Below are positions 62,029 to 64,000 of a DNA stretch of 64,000 nucleotides, piece after piece. A model generated the notes under the pieces. The model was not told the origin of the DNA. It worked only from the letters and a program-made list of their open reading frames with translations, and did not search any database. Made by a program: the position numbers and the translations under genes. Origin of the DNA: Gammaproteobacteria bacterium (GTDB lineage Bacteria > Pseudomonadota > Gammaproteobacteria > Eutrophobiales > Eutrophobiaceae); contig CBDEUK010000001.1 of the NCBI GenBank assembly GCA_965243205.1, positions 352,001-416,000 on the forward strand, given 5' to 3'. How positions within the stretch are numbered: position 1 is the first letter of the stretch; each line of letters starts with the position of its first letter.

Positions 62029-62107
62029 CGAAGACATCAATACCTCTCTATGCAAATATGCAGATCGGGATTGGCCACCCCCCCCCAGGCTGATTCCGAT
62101 TTTTTTT
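62029..62107 (+). ncRNA. candidate small RNA 2 with poly-C loop terminator hairpin (boundaries inferred)
   Basis: Stem ATCGGGATTGGCC/GGCTGATTCCGAT with three G-U pairs valid only on the + strand, loop A-C9-A, then T7; class II CRP promoter upstream. Confidence 0.65.
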
Positions 62108-62242
62108 ATCAAGCAATCGTTCAATTAAACCGCTATCAGGATATAATGTATTACATAATAATTGATTGTTAATACATTATTATTTATCAAAATGATGTGT
62201 AATAGACTACTATTAGTATTTTAATTTATTTGTTTCTCGATA

Positions 62243-64000
62243 ATGAACAATAGCAACTACAACAATGCATTAGCCATTGATACTGAATTACTTTGGTATC
62301 GAATAGAAGGGGTACTTGGCCAAGGTGCGTTTGGTATTACCTATTTGGCGCATGATATTTATTTGGATAGAAAAGTTGCGATTAAAGAATACATGCCTGG
62401 TGCGTTTTCAATGCGCATGGATGATCTAAATATTGAACCAATTTCCAGTGATCTCACTAATGATTATAAATCTGGTTTAGAACGTTTTTTAAGTGAAGCC
62501 AGAACTCTTACTAAATTCAAACATCCAAATCTCGTTCAAGTTTTCAATATATTTGAAGAAAACAATACCGCCTACATGGTAATGAGTTATGAACAAGGCC
62601 GTAGCTTAAAACAAATTTTAAAAACCAGAAAATCATTATCAGAAACAGAACTGATGAATTTATTAGTGCCGCTAATGGATGGCCTCGAAATGATGCATGA
62701 AAAAGGTTTTATTCATCGTGATATCAAACCAGGAAATATCTTTATCCGTGAAGATAACACGCCTGTACTACTGGATTTTGGATCGGCTAGACAAACTCAT
62801 TATTTCCTTAGTGATGATGATGAAGAGTCACAAGTAAAAACGCTAACAAATTTTGTTTCTCCTGGTTATACACCGATTGAACAATACAGTGGCAAGAGTG
62901 ATCGCCAAGGTCCATGGACAGATATTTATGCTTTAGGCGCTACATTATATAAATGTATTACTGGCAGAATGCCAATTGAAGCAGTGGAACGTAGTGAAAG
63001 CATTGTTCACGTCAGTAAAGATGAATATGTGAGCCTTTATGAAATTGCCCAAGGTAAATATTCTAAATCATTTCTAAATGCAATTGATCATTCCCTCGAA
63101 TTCAAAGCACAAAACAGACCTCAAACCATCAAAGAATGGCGAAGCGAATTTGGTATCTCGATTGAAGAGTTCGATACTATTGAGTTACCAGAAGAAAATA
63201 CAGATGAATTACAAAGCCCTCTGGATATTAATACAGAAAATTTAGAAACATTAGAAGCAACCACTTATCAAAAAACCATACCTGAAAATCATGAAGCTAC
63301 TACTGTTGCTGCTGAAAGCCGTTTCGTTAAGAAGAAAAATTCATCAATAAAATCATTTATAACTTATGCTACCGCAGCTACGTTATTAGTAAGTGTATTT
63401 GCTATCACTTATTATCAAATTAATAAACCTAATGATGAGATTAGCGAGACTGTTACTCAACGATTAAACACTATTCCAGATCCAATCATAATAGAAGAAC
63501 GGACTCCACCAGTTACTGAGCCAAATACATTAACAGAAATAACCATTCAAACTACTCCAATCGGAATTGATGAAGAAATAGAAAAAACTAACACCTTAAA
63601 AGAAAGAATCGCCAAACAAAAATCTGATAAAAAAGAAGAAATCGAGATATTACTTCGTTTGGCCGCTAAAGATATTCAAGCTAAACGATACACTTTACCT
63701 GAAAATAATAATGCTTATGAAAAATATCAAAAAGTTTTGGCAATAGATGTATCTAATGAAGATGCTAAAAATGGTATCTTATTTTTAACGGATAAGTTTA
63801 TGATTGCAGCTTATAGAGAAATTGAAAAAAATAATTTCGATGGTGCAAAGGAAAATATAGCCAAGGCTGATACCTTATCTCCAAACTTGGATGCCGTGAA
63901 ACGAGCTAAAGAACATCTACAAAGGAAACAGCGCCAATATTACGCTGCCCAACGTGCCGCTCAACGACCACCTGAATCTCAAGTTAGTAATGTTCCTTCA
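62243..64000 (+). CDS. membrane-anchored Ser/Thr protein kinase (3' truncated; absent from the ORF track)
   Basis: Manual translation: LGQGAFGITY, VAIKEY, HRDIKPGN, DFGSAR, SPGYTPIEQY, TM segment near 63355-63415, then TPR-like LPENNNAYEKYQKVL. Confidence 0.92.
   Translation, partial: MNNSNYNNALAIDTELLWYRIEGVLGQGAFGITYLAHDIYLDRKVAIKEYMPGAFSMRMDDLNIEPISSDLTNDYKSGLERFLSEARTLTKFKHPNLVQVFNIFEENNTAYMVMSYEQGRSLKQILKTRKSLSETELMNLLVPLMDGLEMMHEKGFIHRDIKPGNIFIREDNTPVLLDFGSARQTHYFLSDDDEESQVKTLTNFVSPGYTPIEQYSGKSDRQGPWTDIYALGATLYKCITGRMPIEAVERSESIVHVSKDEYVSLYEIAQGKYSKSFLNAIDHSLEFKAQNRPQTIKEWRSEFGISIEEFDTIELPEENTDELQSPLDINTENLETLEATTYQKTIPENHEATTVAAESRFVKKKNSSIKSFITYATAATLLVSVFAITYYQINKPNDEISETVTQRLNTIPDPIIIEERTPPVTEPNTLTEITIQTTPIGIDEEIEKTNTLKERIAKQKSDKKEEIEILLRLAAKDIQAKRYTLPENNNAYEKYQKVLAIDVSNEDAKNGILFLTDKFMIAAYREIEKNNFDGAKENIAKADTLSPNLDAVKRAKEHLQRKQRQYYAAQRAAQRPPESQVSNVPS

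Noticed and set aside
61852-62100. Reading the two hairpins on the minus strand as GGA-loop CsrA sponges, or as CRISPR/REP repeats
   Set aside because: Wobble pairs and U tails only work on the + strand; the stems share no sequence and there are no spacers or cas genes

Overview
AT-rich chromosomal window from a gammaproteobacterium (inferred from fabA-fabB, cmoAB, mpl, rppH and mutS-fdxA). No mobile element, CRISPR array, rRNA or tRNA was recognised. Most of it is housekeeping and central carbon metabolism: mnmA (partial), acnB, cmoAB, class I fumarase, mutS, fdxA, nth, mpl, dps, rppH, mdh-gltA divergent from sucAB-lpdA, a class III PHA locus (phaA, phaB, phaR, a second phaB with an N-terminal extension, phaC, phaE, phasin), ppa, acs, ispG and fabAB. 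Accessory parts are a DUF2975/XRE cassette, a sigma-28-type promoter ahead of an HDOD gene, a CHASE2 Ser/Thr kinase-PP2C-FHA operon converging on a CHASE2 adenylate cyclase, three short-passenger autotransporter-like barrels and a second Ser/Thr kinase that runs off the right edge. The most striking unannotated structure is the 530-bp intergenic region at 61710-62242. It holds three CRP-type boxes and two tandem 13-bp hairpins with C-rich (anti-Shine-Dalgarno-like) loops and U-tails, which I read as a pair of cAMP-CRP-controlled small RNAs. All calls come from reading the sequence by eye; no database searches or folding computations were run.
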